DNA of 64,000 nucleotides from contig NC_135822.1 in NCBI RefSeq assembly GCF_964213995.1, positions 57,784,001 to 57,848,000 on the forward strand, in the 5' to 3' direction. Position numbers and translations under genes: made by a program. Within the stretch, counting starts at the first letter, position 1, and every line of letters begins with the position of its first letter. Of the stretch, positions 26,341-39,242 are shown one piece after another. The notes beneath the pieces are model-generated. The model was given only the letters and a program-made list of their open reading frames with translations, had not been told where the DNA came from and did no database searches. The DNA is from Mustelus asterias. Its lineage: Eukaryota.

Positions 26341-26632
26341 TAAAGTTTATTTATTAGTGTCACAAGTAGGCTTACATTAACACTGCAATGAAGTTACTGT
26401 GAAAATCCCCGAGTCGCCACACTCCGACGCCTGTTCGGGTACACTGAGGGAGAATTTAGCACGGCCAATGCATCTAACTTGCACATCTTTGGACTATGAG
26501 AGAAAACCAGACCACCCGGAGGAAACCCACGCAGACACAGGGAGAATGTGCAGACTCCACACAGACAGTGACCCAAGCTGGGAATTGAGCCCGGGTCCCT
26601 GGCGCTGTGAGGCAGCAGTGCTAACCACTGTG
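26341..26632 (-). mobile_element. V-SINE, tail B (long junction variant)
   Basis: Keeps gcattggccgtgctaaattctccctcagtgtacccgaacagg. Confidence 0.9.
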
Positions 26633-27055
26633 AATCTTATTGAACTGGAAAACTCAGAATCAAAATATGACTGCATTCACACGTTCAGTTCTTGGGACCC
26701 ATGTCAAGAATCTACGTTAGGCAGAATTTGGATGTTTAGGTTGGAATCATAATATTAGTTTAATGGAAATCACATCTGAAGGGAGTGCAGATAAAAAACA
26801 AAGGCCATGGGTTTGTACGCCTATCTCTATATTCCATTCCCTTTGAATTTAGTTTTCTCTTAAAGTGCAGCATCTTTACCCTACTGTCCAAAAATAATTT
26901 TTAAGATGAGCCTTTAAATCCAGTTCAGACTGATTTCTTAAAACATAGGCGTTTGGTACTCTCAGCTTTGTGACCAAGGCTGCTCACAATCAAGGATGAA
27001 TTACTGCTGAGATCAATGCTTTATACTTAAATTCATCAGCAACATTAGCAGCTAA

Positions 27056-27395
27056 TTTGATTTGATTTATCATTGTCACGTATTGGGATACAGTGAAAAG
27101 TATTGTTTCTTGCGTGCTATACAGACAAAGCATACCGTTCATGGAGAAGGAAAGGAATGTAGTGTTACAGTCATAGCTAGGGTGTAGAGAAAGAGCAACT
27201 TAATATTAGATCACAGATCATAGAATCCTACAGTACAGACGGAAGCCATTCAGCCATCAAGTCTGCACCGACCACAATCCCACCCAGCCCCTAGCCCCAT
27301 AACCCCATGCATTTATCCTAGCTAGTCCCCGTGACACCAAGGGCAATTTAGCACGGCCAATCCACCTAATCTGCACATCTTTGGACTGTGGGACG
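27056..27395 (-). mobile_element. Rex1 tail fragment (27056-27205) adjacent to HE1 tail fragment (27211-27395)
   Basis: tttgatttgatttat...cagtgaaaagtattgtttcttgcg matches the 14517 tail; the next segment matches the HE1 tail. Confidence 0.8.
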
Positions 27396-27811
27396 ATGCC
27401 GGACTGAGATTAAGAGATTGACTTAAAGCATTGTTACAGAGTTTAAAAGAGTTAGAATATAGTTTTTAAAGTATAGAACGAGGGTAAAGGATAGAATTAG
27501 AGGGTATACTGGGCACAGCTTGCAAGAAGTCACCACGCTCCGGCGCCATCTTGGAGCAAAAGAGTCACCAAAGAAAACAGGAGAAAATAGGAACACACAA
27601 CACAGAAGCAAGGAGTTTGGTAAACAACAAGCAGGATAGTAAAAGGTGTCAGGAAGATCAATGGCTTCCTGGAATGAGTAGACAAATAGCTGGTACAATT
27701 TAATGTGGAGAGTTGTGAGGTTCAACATTCTGGGAGGAATACCAAGGAATGAGAGTACTGACTCAACAAAAATATGCAGATGGGTTCTAAACAAAATGAC
27801 TTAGAGGTTCA

Positions 27812-28285
27812 GATATGATGGAACACTCTCCATTTGCCTGGTTGGGTGCAACTCCCATCAACACTCAAGAAGCCAGACACCATCCAGGACAAAGCAGCCC
27901 CGCTTGGTTGCCACCCTTCCGCAAACATTCAATCCCTCCACCACGGCACACAGTGCAGCGATGTGTACCATCTAAAGATGCACAGCTGCAACTCAAGGCT
28001 CCTTAGGCAACACCTTCCAAACCCACGACCACAACCATCTGGAAGCACAAGGGCAGCAGACACATGGGGACACCACCACCTGGAAGTTCCCCTCCAAGCC
28101 ACTCGCCATCCTAACTTGACAAGAAATATCCATTCCTTCACCATCGCTGGGTCAAAATCCAGGAACTCCCTTCTTATCAGCACTGGGAGTGGATGCATGG
28201 ACTGCAACAGCTCAGAAAGGCTGCCCAAGACCACCATTTCAAGGGTAATTAGCCAGCAACACTCACATATCATGAATGAATGAAA
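27812..28285 (+). mobile_element. Invertebrate-type CR1-group LINE 3' fragment
   Basis: MMEHSPFAWLGA.P.TLKKPDTIQDKAA...NIQSLHH...RLLRQHLPNPRP; tail ...atgaatgaa. Confidence 0.82.
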
Positions 28286-29712
28286 CAAAATATATGGCAT
28301 AGAATAAAGAAGCAGTAATTGTATAAGGAATGGCTAAAGTGAGGTAAATTTGAATAACGGACTATGGAAGAGAAATGTAAGCCATCAAGAACATACAACA
28401 TTGATTCTTGATGCCAGGAATCTATAGTTATGAGGAGAGATTTGAGATAGTACTACATCCAATTATTTTTCTTTTAAAAAGCACATCAAAACAATAGAAT
28501 TAAAAAGTTCTAACACTATGGGTGAATAATTCAAGAAATAAGACAATATCCAGGTGAAGGAATTGTATTGTTCAGGCAGTGTCACCACATCTCCATTATA
28601 AGCTTCTGGTAGAAAATGCTACAGTACAATTTTCAGATCAACTGATAAGACCTCAGTAATTGGTTTTGAATTTGGCCAGTCTTTTAATGCCATCTGTGAA
28701 AGACGTTTCTCAGAGTCTTCAGCATTTTGCAACAGTCCTGCCAAAACCTCCATAATCTGTCTAGAGGAGAACAGAAAGGGTCTAAAACAAGCGGCTGTGT
28801 TTGCAACAGGACAGACATGGAGTGTTTTCTGGTTCCTTCTGTAGGGTCAATTGTGGATCTTATCTTGTCAGAAGTGCTGACCCTCGATTGTTCAAATGAC
28901 AGTCGATTGAATAGACTGGCACACATGGGCAGGAATTGGTTTTAAAAGCCAAGAAAAGACTTAACGATATTATAAAACTAGTTCGGATTTTAATAGGGTG
29001 GCTAAGGAAAGGCTACCTCCTTTGATTCTGCATCCAGTAACAAAAACTCATCGACTTTAATATCACAAAGAGATTGAAGAGAGAGGCAAAGATGAATGTT
29101 CTTATGTAGAGGGGAGCTGGAGCATGGAATATTTGCCACAAGGTGTACTTGAGACATAACAGCTTTTACGGGAAAACTGAATAAACATTTGAAGCAGCAA
29201 AAAAATATAAGACTATGAACAAAAAAGCATAAGCAATGGGTTTAGTTTTGGATTGCTCTAACAATGGGCTGGCAGAGGCAGGATGGACTCAATGACCTTA
29301 GTTGAGGCTATAATGAGGCTAAAATTCTATGGATTTAGAATGCTAAGAGTAAGGAAAACAGGTTACGGAATTGACCCAAACTGAGAGAGGGGAAGCAACC
29401 AAGAGAAGTTATAAACAAAACCCATCGAAAAAACATAGATTGTAGATATTAGCATTCAAGGTTAATTATTACTTGTGATCATTTAACCATCTAAATGATC
29501 ACTGTGGCCAGAGACATACAGGCAGCTATAACAACATCATATTATTTCCAAGAAAGTGATGTGTCCACTCGTTTATTCAGCAACTTCGATACACAGAACA
29601 ATTTTAATATGAAGAAAAATCAGTCCAAGACACATCACAAACGTAAGGAAAAAAATGTTAGAATTTACTTAATGATAATGGAGAATATTATTTTTTGTTA
29701 ACTTGTTCTAGT

Positions 29713-30040
29713 CATAGAAACCCTACAGTGCAGAAGGAGGCCATTCGGCCCATCGAGCTTGCACCGACCACAATCCCACTCAGGCCCTACCCCCATCACC
29801 CCACATATTTACCCCACTAATCCCTCTAACCTACGCATCCCGGGACACTAAGGGGCAATTTAGCATGGCCAATCAACCTAACTCGCACATCTTTGGAGTG
29901 TGGGAGGAAACCGGAGCACCCGGAGGAAACCCACGCTGACACGGGGAGAATGTGCAAACTCCACACACAGAGTTACCCAAGACAGGAATCGAACCCAGAT
30001 CCTTGGAGCTGTGAGGCAGCAGTGCTAACCACCATGCCGC
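29713..30040 (-). mobile_element. HE1 SINE (tail A)
   Basis: Head, V-domain and tail; ~330 nt downstream of the exon 12 donor. Confidence 0.9.
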
Positions 30041-30372
30041 TCTGTGCACCATTTCCCAGTAGGGATATAAAGTTTGCACCTGCAGTCAATTTAGATTTTA
30101 CATGGTTCCTAACTTTCTTTCTGAGATTGATGAAGAGTGGAATGATTAACAGTTTTTATATATAGGCAAATCATTTAAGAAAAGCAAGCAACATGGACTA
30201 ATTTCACCAAACAACTATTCCCAGGATATTTTCCTGACAAATTTGTAGCGAATCTGATGACCACCTTGGAGTTCTGACCAGACGGATTAGATAGCTGAGA
30301 GTTGTGGGTATTGCACCCCATCCTGGGTGACTTCTGAATTTGCAATATTTGAGTATTATGCAATTAACTCAC

Positions 30373-30437
30373 CGAATGTCAATTCTCCTGAATGGGTAAT
30401 CGACACCATCACTATCATCTGGCAATCGGCAGACACC
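30373..30437 (-). CDS. POLB: DNA polymerase beta exon 12 (65 nt)
   Basis: ttccttcaatag|GGT GTC TGC ... GAC ATT CG|gtgagt; encodes GVCRLPDDSDGVDYPFRRIDI(R) with the third catalytic aspartate (D256 equivalent, RRIDIR). Phase joins exon 13. Confidence 0.97.
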
Positions 30438-30654
30438 CTATTGAAGGAAGGAAAGCAAAGAGTCAGCGAAACATCATGATTTATCCCAGAATCTTACAGC
30501 ACAGGAGAAGCTAATTCGTCTCATACGTCTGTGCCAGAGCACAGAACACCACTCTTTATCATGTAAGTGCATCATTATTGCTGCAGTTATGTAAGCAAAT
30601 TCAAGGCTAGAACTCTTGCACTCACAGACCAAGTCAACTGTAAGAAGAGATTTT

Positions 30655-31006
30655 TTTTTCATTCATTCGTGGGACATGGGCGTCGCTGGCTGGGCCAGCA
30701 TTTATTGCCCATCCCTCGTTGCCCAAGGACAGTTGAGAATCAACCACATTGCTGTGGCTCTGGAGTCATATATAGGTCAGACCAGTTGAGGACGGCAGAT
30801 TTACTTCCCTAAAGGACATTAGTGAACCAGATGGGTTTTCCAACAATAGTTCCATGGTCATCAGTAGATTCTTAATTCCAGATTTTTTTTATTGAATTCA
30901 AATTCCACCACCTGCTGTGGCGGGATTCGAACCCAGATCCCTGGAACATTAGCTGAGTTTCTGGATTAATAGTCTAGCGATAATACTACTAGGCCATCGC
31001 CTCCCC
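30655..31006 (-). mobile_element. tRNA-headed bipartite SINE, full length
   Basis: Colinear with 4551-4905. Other copies at ~35180-35470(-), 36040-36330(+), 40010-40190(-), 48340-48745(-). Confidence 0.88.
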
Positions 31007-31385
31007 TGATTGATGTTCCTCATATTCTCTTAGTTAGTTTTGGTGGCCAGACAGCAATTTTTAGGTTTTTTTTTGTTGACAGTTAACAATTTTAGTTATC
31101 AATGTGAAATATTGACTGTTGATATGCAAATAAGGCTGTGGATTTTACAGCGTGTGTTAAAATAGCATTCTAGACAGTTTAACAATGAAATACAGACAAG
31201 CTAAATACACAAGGCATACCAAAGTCCTTCAAACCATCTCGCACCTCTTAACCTACTCCACAAACACACTGGAATGTTCACTGCACCAAGCATATGATCT
31301 GAAATTGAACAGGGAGGTGAAGCTATTGTGCTCATTCAAGAAAGTCTGCCATTAATCCAATTCAATTGGGCCAATGAAATTCCTC

Positions 31386-32337
31386 TTTTTTATTAATGAC
31401 TTAGAGGAGGGGGCTGAAGGGTGGATCAGTAAATTTGCTGATGACACCAAGATTGGTGGAGTAGTGGATGAGGTGGAGGGCTGTTGTAGGCTGCAAAGAG
31501 ACATAGATAGGATGCAAAGCTGGGCTGAAAAATGGCAAATGGAGTTTAACCCTGATAAATGTGAGGTGATTCATTTTGGTAGGACTAATTTAAATGTGGA
31601 TTACAGGGTCAAAGGTAGGGTTCTGAAGACTGTGGAGGAACAGAGAGATCTTGGGGTCCATATCCACAGATCTCTAAAGGTTGCCACTCAAGTGGATAGA
31701 GCTGTGAAGAAGGCATATAGTGTGTTAGCTTTTATTAACAGGGGGTTGGAGTTTAAGAGCCGTGGGGTTATGCTGCAACTGTACAGGACCTTGGTGAGAC
31801 CGCATTTGGAATATTGCGTGCAGTTCTGGTCACCTCACTATAAGAAGGATGTGGAAGTGCTGGAAAGAGTGCAGAGGAGATTTACCAGGATGCTGCCTGG
31901 TTTGGAGTGTCGGTCTTATGAGGAAAGGTTGAGGGAGCTGGGGCTGTTCTCTCTGGAGCGGAGGAGATTGAGGGGAGACTTAATAGAGGTTTATAAAATG
32001 ATGAAGGGGATAGATCGAGTGAACGTTCAAAGACTATTTCCTCGGGTGGATGAAGCTATTACGAGGGGGCATAACTATAGGGTTCATGGTGGGAGATATA
32101 GGAAGGATATCAGAGGTAGGTTCTTCACGCAGAGAGTGGTTGGGGTGTGGAATGGACTGCCTGCAGTGATAGTGGAGTCAGACACTTTAGGAACATTTAA
32201 GCGGTTATTGGATAGGCACATGGAGCACACCAGGATGGTAGGGAGTGGGATAGCTTGATCTTGGTTTCAGATGAAGGTCGGCACAACATCGTGGGCCGAA
32301 GGGCCTGTTCTGTGCTGTAATGTTCTATGTTCTATGT
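31386..32337 (+). mobile_element. Young 5'-truncated CR1 LINE, open ORF2 C-terminal part
   Basis: FINDLEEG..KFADDTKIGG..HLEYCVQFWSP..RFFTQRVVGVWNGLP, no stops over ~290 codons; tail (tgttcta)n. Confidence 0.95.
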
Positions 32338-32519
32338 TTCATAACATGCAGTGAGCAGTATGGATTTTACAATACAGTTCCCTCAAAAAATCATTGTCAT
32401 TTAAATTTGCCTTCACTGAGCATTTTATAACTTGAAAGAAGAATCCATTAAATAGCAATATTCAAAGTTCCACTGGGCAGATTGTTGTCGAGGGTTTTTT
32501 CCATTTTTGATTTAACCAG

Positions 32520-32805
32520 CAGCACAGTGGTTAGCGCTGCTGCCTCACAGCGCCAGGGACCCGGGTTCAATTCCAGCCTTGGGTGACTGTTTGTGTGGAG
32601 TTTACACGTTCTCCCCGTGTCCTGTGGGTGCTCCGGGTTTCCTGCCACACTCCAAAGATGTGCAGGTTAAGTAGATTAGCCATGGTAAATGAGGTTACGG
32701 GGATAGGCTGAGGGGGTGCGCCTGGGTAAGGTGCTCTTTCGGAGAGTTAGTGCAAACTCAATGAGCCAAACGGCCTCTTTCTGCACTGTAGGGATTCTAC
32801 GGTTT
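32520..32805 (+). mobile_element. HE1-type SINE variant
   Basis: Head, partly deleted V-domain, tail ...ggcctctttctgcactgtagggattct. Confidence 0.82.
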
Positions 32806-33139
32806 CTTTCCTGGATCATTTTCCCACTGAATTTGTAACAGTATCGCTTACAAAGTGACAGTCACAATATCAAAAGCATGGAGAGAAATAAAGATATACG
32901 ACTACAATTACAAGCTTCAAAGGATTTTTTTTTGAATAAGGCCCACTCAAAGGTACAAGAACAGACGTACTCCCTTTCACACACTTTCAATTTCAGTGCA
33001 AGTATGACAATGTTCGCGTGATTAGCCTTTCCCAAGCTTTTGTCAGAATATATCAGGAATATTCATCTGCACAAGCACAGTGAAAGCTGTGGATTCCCCT
33101 GCGCTTCATTCCCCAGCACTGCTCGCTCCCCACCGCCCA

Positions 33140-33775
33140 AAGTGGACAACTTCACAATTTCTCACATTATATTCCACCTGCCAGATTTTTGTCCTATATC
33201 GATCTGCAAACTCCATTTATTTTCTTCACAATTTCTTTTCCTACCTACCTTTGTGTCACCTGCAAATTTGACTACCATATCTTCGCTCCTCTCATCTAAG
33301 TCATTGATGTAAATTGTACAATAAATTGAGGCCCCAGCACTGACCCCTGCAGGACTCCACTTGTCACACTCTGCCAGTCAGACAAAGACCCATTTATGCA
33401 TACTGCTTTCTGCCAGCCAGCCAATCTACAATCCAGGTTAAAATGTTACCCCCCCCGCGCCATGTGCTTTTATTTTTTGCAATAACCTTTGATGTGGCAC
33501 CTTAGCAAATGCTTTCCGAAAATCTGAGCACAATTCGTCTACAGATTTCCTCTGTCCACAATAATGTTACTCCTTCAAAAGAACTCCAGTAAATTAGTTA
33601 AACATGACTTCCTTTTCAAAAAACTATGATGACTCTTCCAAATTAACCTGAACTTGTGTAAGTACCCAGCTATAACCTTTTTAATAATCGATTCTAACAC
33701 ATTCTCCACGACAAGCTAACTGGCCTATAATTTCATGTTTGCTGCCTCCCTCCCTTCTTGAATAGAGGGGTTATT
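33140..33775 (-). mobile_element. Old CR1 RT fragment
   Basis: Degenerate NYRPVSL, AFAKVPHQRL, GVLQGSVLGPQ, KFAGDTKVG motifs. Confidence 0.75.
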
Positions 33776-33991
33776 AAGCCCATCACGTCCATGTTGGCTC
33801 TCTATAAAGCAATCTAGTCAATCCTATTCCCCCACTCTAATCCCATAACCGTGCAAGTTTCTTTCATTGAACCGTCCATCCAATTCCCTGGAACATCTTT
33901 AAAACAAAAAGCCCTATATAAAGGAATAGGAAGCCTAATAAAAATAAGCACAATGATTTTGAAAAGGTGAAAATATGCAAGTGTTCCATAA

Positions 33992-35116
33992 TTGTTGGTA
34001 CATATGCAGATGTATGGGATTGGGGGTGATCTAGGAAATTGGATCAGGAATTGGCTAGCGGATAGGAAACAGAGGGTGGTGGTTGATAGTAAATATTCAT
34101 CATGGAGTGCGGTTACAAGTGGTGTACCTCAGGGATCTGTTTTGGGGCCACTGCTGTTTGTAATATTTATTAATGATCTGGATGAGGGTATAGTTGGGTG
34201 GATTAGCAAATTTGCTGATGACACCAAAGTCGGTGGTGTGGTAGACAGTGAGGAAGGGTGTCGTAGTTTGCAGGAAGACTTAGACAGGTTGCAAAGTTGG
34301 GCCGAGAGGTGGCGGATGGAGTTTAATGCGGAGAAGTGTGAGGTAATTCACTTTGGTAGGAATAACAGATGTGTTGAGTATAGGGCTAACGGGAGGACTT
34401 TGAATAGTGTGGAGGAGCAGAGGGATCTAGGTGTATGTGTGCATAGATCCCTGAAAGTTGGGAATCAAGTAGATAAGGTTGTTAAGAAGGCATATGGTGT
34501 CTTGGCGTTTATTGGTAGGGGGATTGAATTTAGGAGTCGTAGCGTTATGTTGCAACTGTACACAACTCTGGTGCGGCCGCACTTGGAGTACTGTGTGCAG
34601 TTCTGGTCCCCACATTACAGGAAGGATGTGGAGGCTTTGGAGAGGGTGCAGAGGAGGTTTACCAGGATGTTGCCTGGTATGGAGGGGAGATCCTATGAGG
34701 AGAGGCTGAGGGATTTGGGATTGTTTTCGCTGGAAAGGCGGCGGCTAAGAGGGGATCTTATTGAAACATATAAGATGATTAGAGGTTTAGATAGGGTGGA
34801 TAGTGATAGCCTTTTTCCTCTGATGGAGAAATCCAGCACGAGGGGGCATGGCTTTAAATTGAGGGGGGGTAGTTATAGAACCGATGTCAGGGGTAGGTTC
34901 TTTACCCAGAGGGTGGTGAGGGATTGGAATGCCCTGCCAGCATCAGTAGTAAATGCGCCTAGTTTGGGGGCGTTTAAGAGATCCGTAGATAGGTTCATGG
35001 ACGAAAAGAAATTGGTTTAGGTTGGAGGGTCACAGTTTTTTTTTTTAACTGGTCGGTGCAACATCGTGGGCCGAAGGGCCTGTTCTGCGCTGTAATGTTC
35101 TATGTTCTATGTTCTA
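33992..35116 (+). mobile_element. Young 5'-truncated CR1 LINE, 342-aa open ORF2 part
   Basis: GVPQGSVLGPLLFVIFINDLD, KFADDTKVGG, no stops; tail (tgttcta)3. Confidence 0.95.
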
Positions 35117-37436
35117 TCCAATACTGTACACTAAAGTCTACTGTAAACCAATAATCTAAAACAAATTGTCATTTAAAAAATATATATTTGTCCATGGGAT
35201 GTGGGAGTCGCTGGCTGGGCCAGAATTTATTGCCCATCCCTGAGGGCATTTAAGAGTCAACCCCATTGCTGTGGCTCTGGAGTCACATGTAGGCCAGACC
35301 GGGTAAGGATGGCAGATTTCCTTCCCTAAAGGTTTTTTTTTAGGACAATCAACAATGATTTTGTGGTTATCATTAGACTTTTAATTCCAGTTTCCAGAAT
35401 CCAGATTTCACCTCTGCCATAGCGGGATTCGAACCCGGGACCCCAGAGCATTCCCTGGGTCTATGGATTATGAAATTACTACAGAACCTGATTTTTGCTG
35501 AAAAAGAGACATGCTTTTTATCTTACACTCATCAGGACACTTCACAAGAACGCCAGTATAAGGGAAAACAACAATTTATACAGTGTGAGAACAGACTACT
35601 GATTGGTTGATAGGTGGCTCAAGCCACATTTCCGGAGGTGCATGACAACACATGAGAACCTTCGATATTGTGTCTTTCTCTCTCTCTGTGCCTCCTGTAC
35701 TTAAATCATTTAACAGCCCTGCATAATTACCGGAACAAAGATTTATGGGTCATAATATGAGGAGTTTGAGCTGTAAACCTGCTTCTGAACTGCATCCAGT
35801 TTGACAAGAAGCCTTCTCTCATTGATCATGGATGTTACAAATTTTATTTCAGCCTTCAATATCAATAGTGTCTTCTCCACAACAAACGGTCTAAGGATAT
35901 CACAAATGGGATAATCGTGTTTGCATTGCAGTTACACAGAGAACCTGAACAAACTGGGCCATTGGCAAGCTTATAATTGGATTTTATTTTCATTGCATCT
36001 TATTTGGAAAGGTAAGATCAGCAATGGCTATCAAACACCATGGCAGCTGGTGGAATTTAAATTCGATTGATAAACCTGGAATTGAAAGCTCATCTAAGTC
36101 ATGGTGACCATGAAACCATCATCAATTTGTGTAAAAGCCCATTTAGTTCAATAATGTCTTCACGGGGTGAAATCTGCTATTCTTACCCCGTCTGACCTAC
36201 ACGTGACTGCAACACCAGCAATGTGATTCTTAACTGTCCCCTGTTATGGCCCAGCAAGCCACATGGGTAAAGAGCAATTAGGGATGAGCAATAAACACCA
36301 GCCTTGCTAATGTGCCCCAAATCTCACACAAGGATAAGAGAAAATAAAATAATGTGGATTAGGATCGTATAAAGTTGTGTTGAAACTTCTGAAATGACTT
36401 CCTCTTTGCAGACTGTGCTTCTTTCACAATTAGCAGCTGCTATTGTGTGTGTTCACTTCTGAAAGGAATCACGTCTCTGAACAAAGTATTGTGAATCTTC
36501 AATAATATCGAATTACTGGAGTATGGAGCTTTCATCAACAGCCATCCACACCACTCACTAACCCTGAAAAGATGCCAGTATCTGATGACAAACCATTTGA
36601 AAAGCTCAAAAGTAATTGAAGTACTTCTTATGAAGCAACCAAAAGATTCTTGTTTAAAGTAACTAAATAGAATCACTTTGCAGTGACATCTATCAAAGTG
36701 ACTTGCGCAAGTGATTATTTCAGTACTTCAAAGTTTCAAGCCTGAGTACTTACATCTCACAGGGATCCCGCTATACAGACAGCTGGTCACCCAGCTTGGA
36801 AACTTCCAACGGGACAGGCTTGGAGATAACAGTCAGCCGATCTTCCGCATGCACTATTCCGACAAGCAATTCCTATCCTATCATTTTAGTACCAGAAACC
36901 TGACACAATCAAAATATATTCCCAATTACTGATGTACATATCAAATTCCAGATTAACTCACGCATGCAGGATTGTAATCAAATTCTGCAGTTAGGTCTAG
37001 GAGCACTTGAAGCCAAAACAACCGTGAACGCTAATTGACTTTTTAGCTTGTCCACAATTGTAAGGTGAATTATTCTTTCAAGTCATGTGTAAAATGAATG
37101 TTTGGACATCATGCACTTGAAAGGGCAACATTCAAAGAGATGACTATCTCAACAGAATTCCAATGCTGATCCATCTGTATATTATTTCGGAAGTCCAATG
37201 CCATCGAGTTGTCAGGCATTCAAAACATCAAATAGCAATTGCAGCTGCTTTAAAGGGTTAATCTGAACAATAAATATGCTCAAGTCAATGTTCCCTGGAG
37301 TTTGCATTCACGTTACATAGCTATCAGACTGATTTCCACCGCTGTAAGCAACAGATCCCTAGGACAAGCTGCAATGTTTGTCCTGAATGTGAAATACAAG
37401 TATAATCAGATCTACAGCAAATAGGAAAGACATCAG

Positions 37437-38195
37437 CAGAGGCCACGTAGCAGGCTTCGTGCTGGGCGCCACGGCCTCCGCGCATCTCTGGCCACTGGAT
37501 ATCCGGCGTTGTCAGTTCCATGCCAAAAAAGCCCCACTAATGGGGAGCTGGCGGCCCGACCCAGCTGGAGTGAAGGGAGGCCCATGGAGGCCCCCCAGGA
37601 GGTCAGGGTTAAGGGGGGGGGGTGCCCCTGGGCAGTGCCAGCTTGGCAATGCCAGCCTAGCCCCTCAGCACTGCCCAATGGGCAAAGTGGCAATGCCCAA
37701 GCGGCATCATGGTACTGCCCACTGGGCAGTGCCAAGGGGGGGCTAGTGGGGGTGAGGCCTACTGGGGCAATCGGTGGGGTAGGGGGGGTCCCGCTGCCAC
37801 TCTGCATTTGGGATCGTAGGCAGAATGGGAGGGAGGACACGATCGGGACAGGCCATCGGGATGGGTAGGGGGGAAATCAGGACATGTCTGGGAGGTGAGG
37901 GGTGTGGGGGGGGGGTCTGTGGGGCAGCGATGAGGGGTTGCTGTGCTGGCCAGCGACTGGGAGGCTGGCAGTGCAGGGCTACAGCGCATGCGCCGATCAC
38001 GGTGTTGAAAGATCGGTGTGTGCACAGTCAGCCCGCTTAGCGCTAAGCTGCTGGCCTCTCCAGTGGGAATAGGCACACTGTCGCACAGAGCGTGGGACAT
38101 TCATTTTGAAAATCCCGCTGAAAAAAACAGCGGGATGTACTCCAGCTTTTAATGCAAATTCGGCACTTAGATTCTTTTCTGGGAGAATTCCACCC
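37437..38195. mobile_element. GC-rich TIR element, copy C (left end truncated)
   Basis: GGCANTGCC array 37630-37735, G-rich tract, gcgcatgcgc at ~37984-37993, end ggcacttagattcttttctgggagaattccaccc. Confidence 0.72.
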
Positions 38196-39107
38196 TCGAT
38201 CTTCTCACTACCACTACACAAACACACACTTCATTGAAGTCATGATAATAAAGAAGGAAATGAAAAGATTTTATAAAAAACGGCACATTGTAGAAATCTA
38301 AAAGGAAAACCACAACAGACCTGCCAAGCACTTTTAATGATGAGAAAAGGCAGGTTGCCAATGCAGGTGGGAAGCTTTTCTCAGAAATATAAACTAAAAG
38401 TTAGGAAAGCCATAAAATATCTGCAAAATGCAAAAACTGAATGTTGCATTTGTATTACATGGAATAAGTATTGCCATATTCATTACCCACCTTAGTTGCA
38501 TGATTAAGTTCATACTCTGCATAACCTCTGGAATTATTCCTCTCCCTATGACTCTACCAATGACCATCATTCTTTCGCTGCCAAAAAATTCAGGAATTGC
38601 CTCTATAAACCTCCCCATCTCTCTACTCACAGCTCCTTTAAGATGGTCATGTTTGGCCACCTGTCCAACCACCTCATGTAGCTTAGTAAAAGCACAGTAA
38701 AAATTCAAGCTATTGCTCTTTAAGAAACAAGCTAAATTAGTTGGACTTTTGACTTGATGAATGGTTATGTTTGTTCTACGAATCTTTATGAAAAAGAGAG
38801 ATAGAATGACAGTCAGTCAAGCCTGGTTAATTCCAGGAAGATCACTGAAGAAGAATGTAGGTAATCCAAGCACCATAAATCAAGTTAAGCAATGTCCAGT
38901 TTCTGACAAAAAGGAGTGATGAAAGAAAAGTAGTCCTTGAAAAGGAAGAATGTGCAAGGGAGAAAGTAAGGGAATGGCATGGGGTTCATTGCTCATTCAC
39001 TGCAGACAAAATGGACCGAATAGCCCCCTTGTCTGTCACAATTCAGATATGCTGTGAAACAGCAAAAAATGGAAGTGTCATTCACCAAGTAGACTGACAA
39101 ACCCAAA

Positions 39108-39242
39108 GGCCGGAATCTTACCACCGTGCATGCCGGCGGGATACTCCCGTCCTGCCGCAGTGAACGGAGATTTGGCTGGCCGTCAAATTCTGCAACCTCG
39201 CTGCAGCGGGAGCATGGTATGAGCGGCAGGTAAGATTGGCAC
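39108..39242. mobile_element. ~135-bp MITE
   Basis: TIRs ggccggaatcttacc / ggtaagattggcac; aaa on both flanks. Confidence 0.7.

Noticed and set aside
37630-37735. GGCANTGCC arrays as a CRISPR-like repeat-spacer array
   Set aside because: Repeats are 9 bp with short irregular spacing, inside a TE in vertebrate DNA; no cas-like ORFs.
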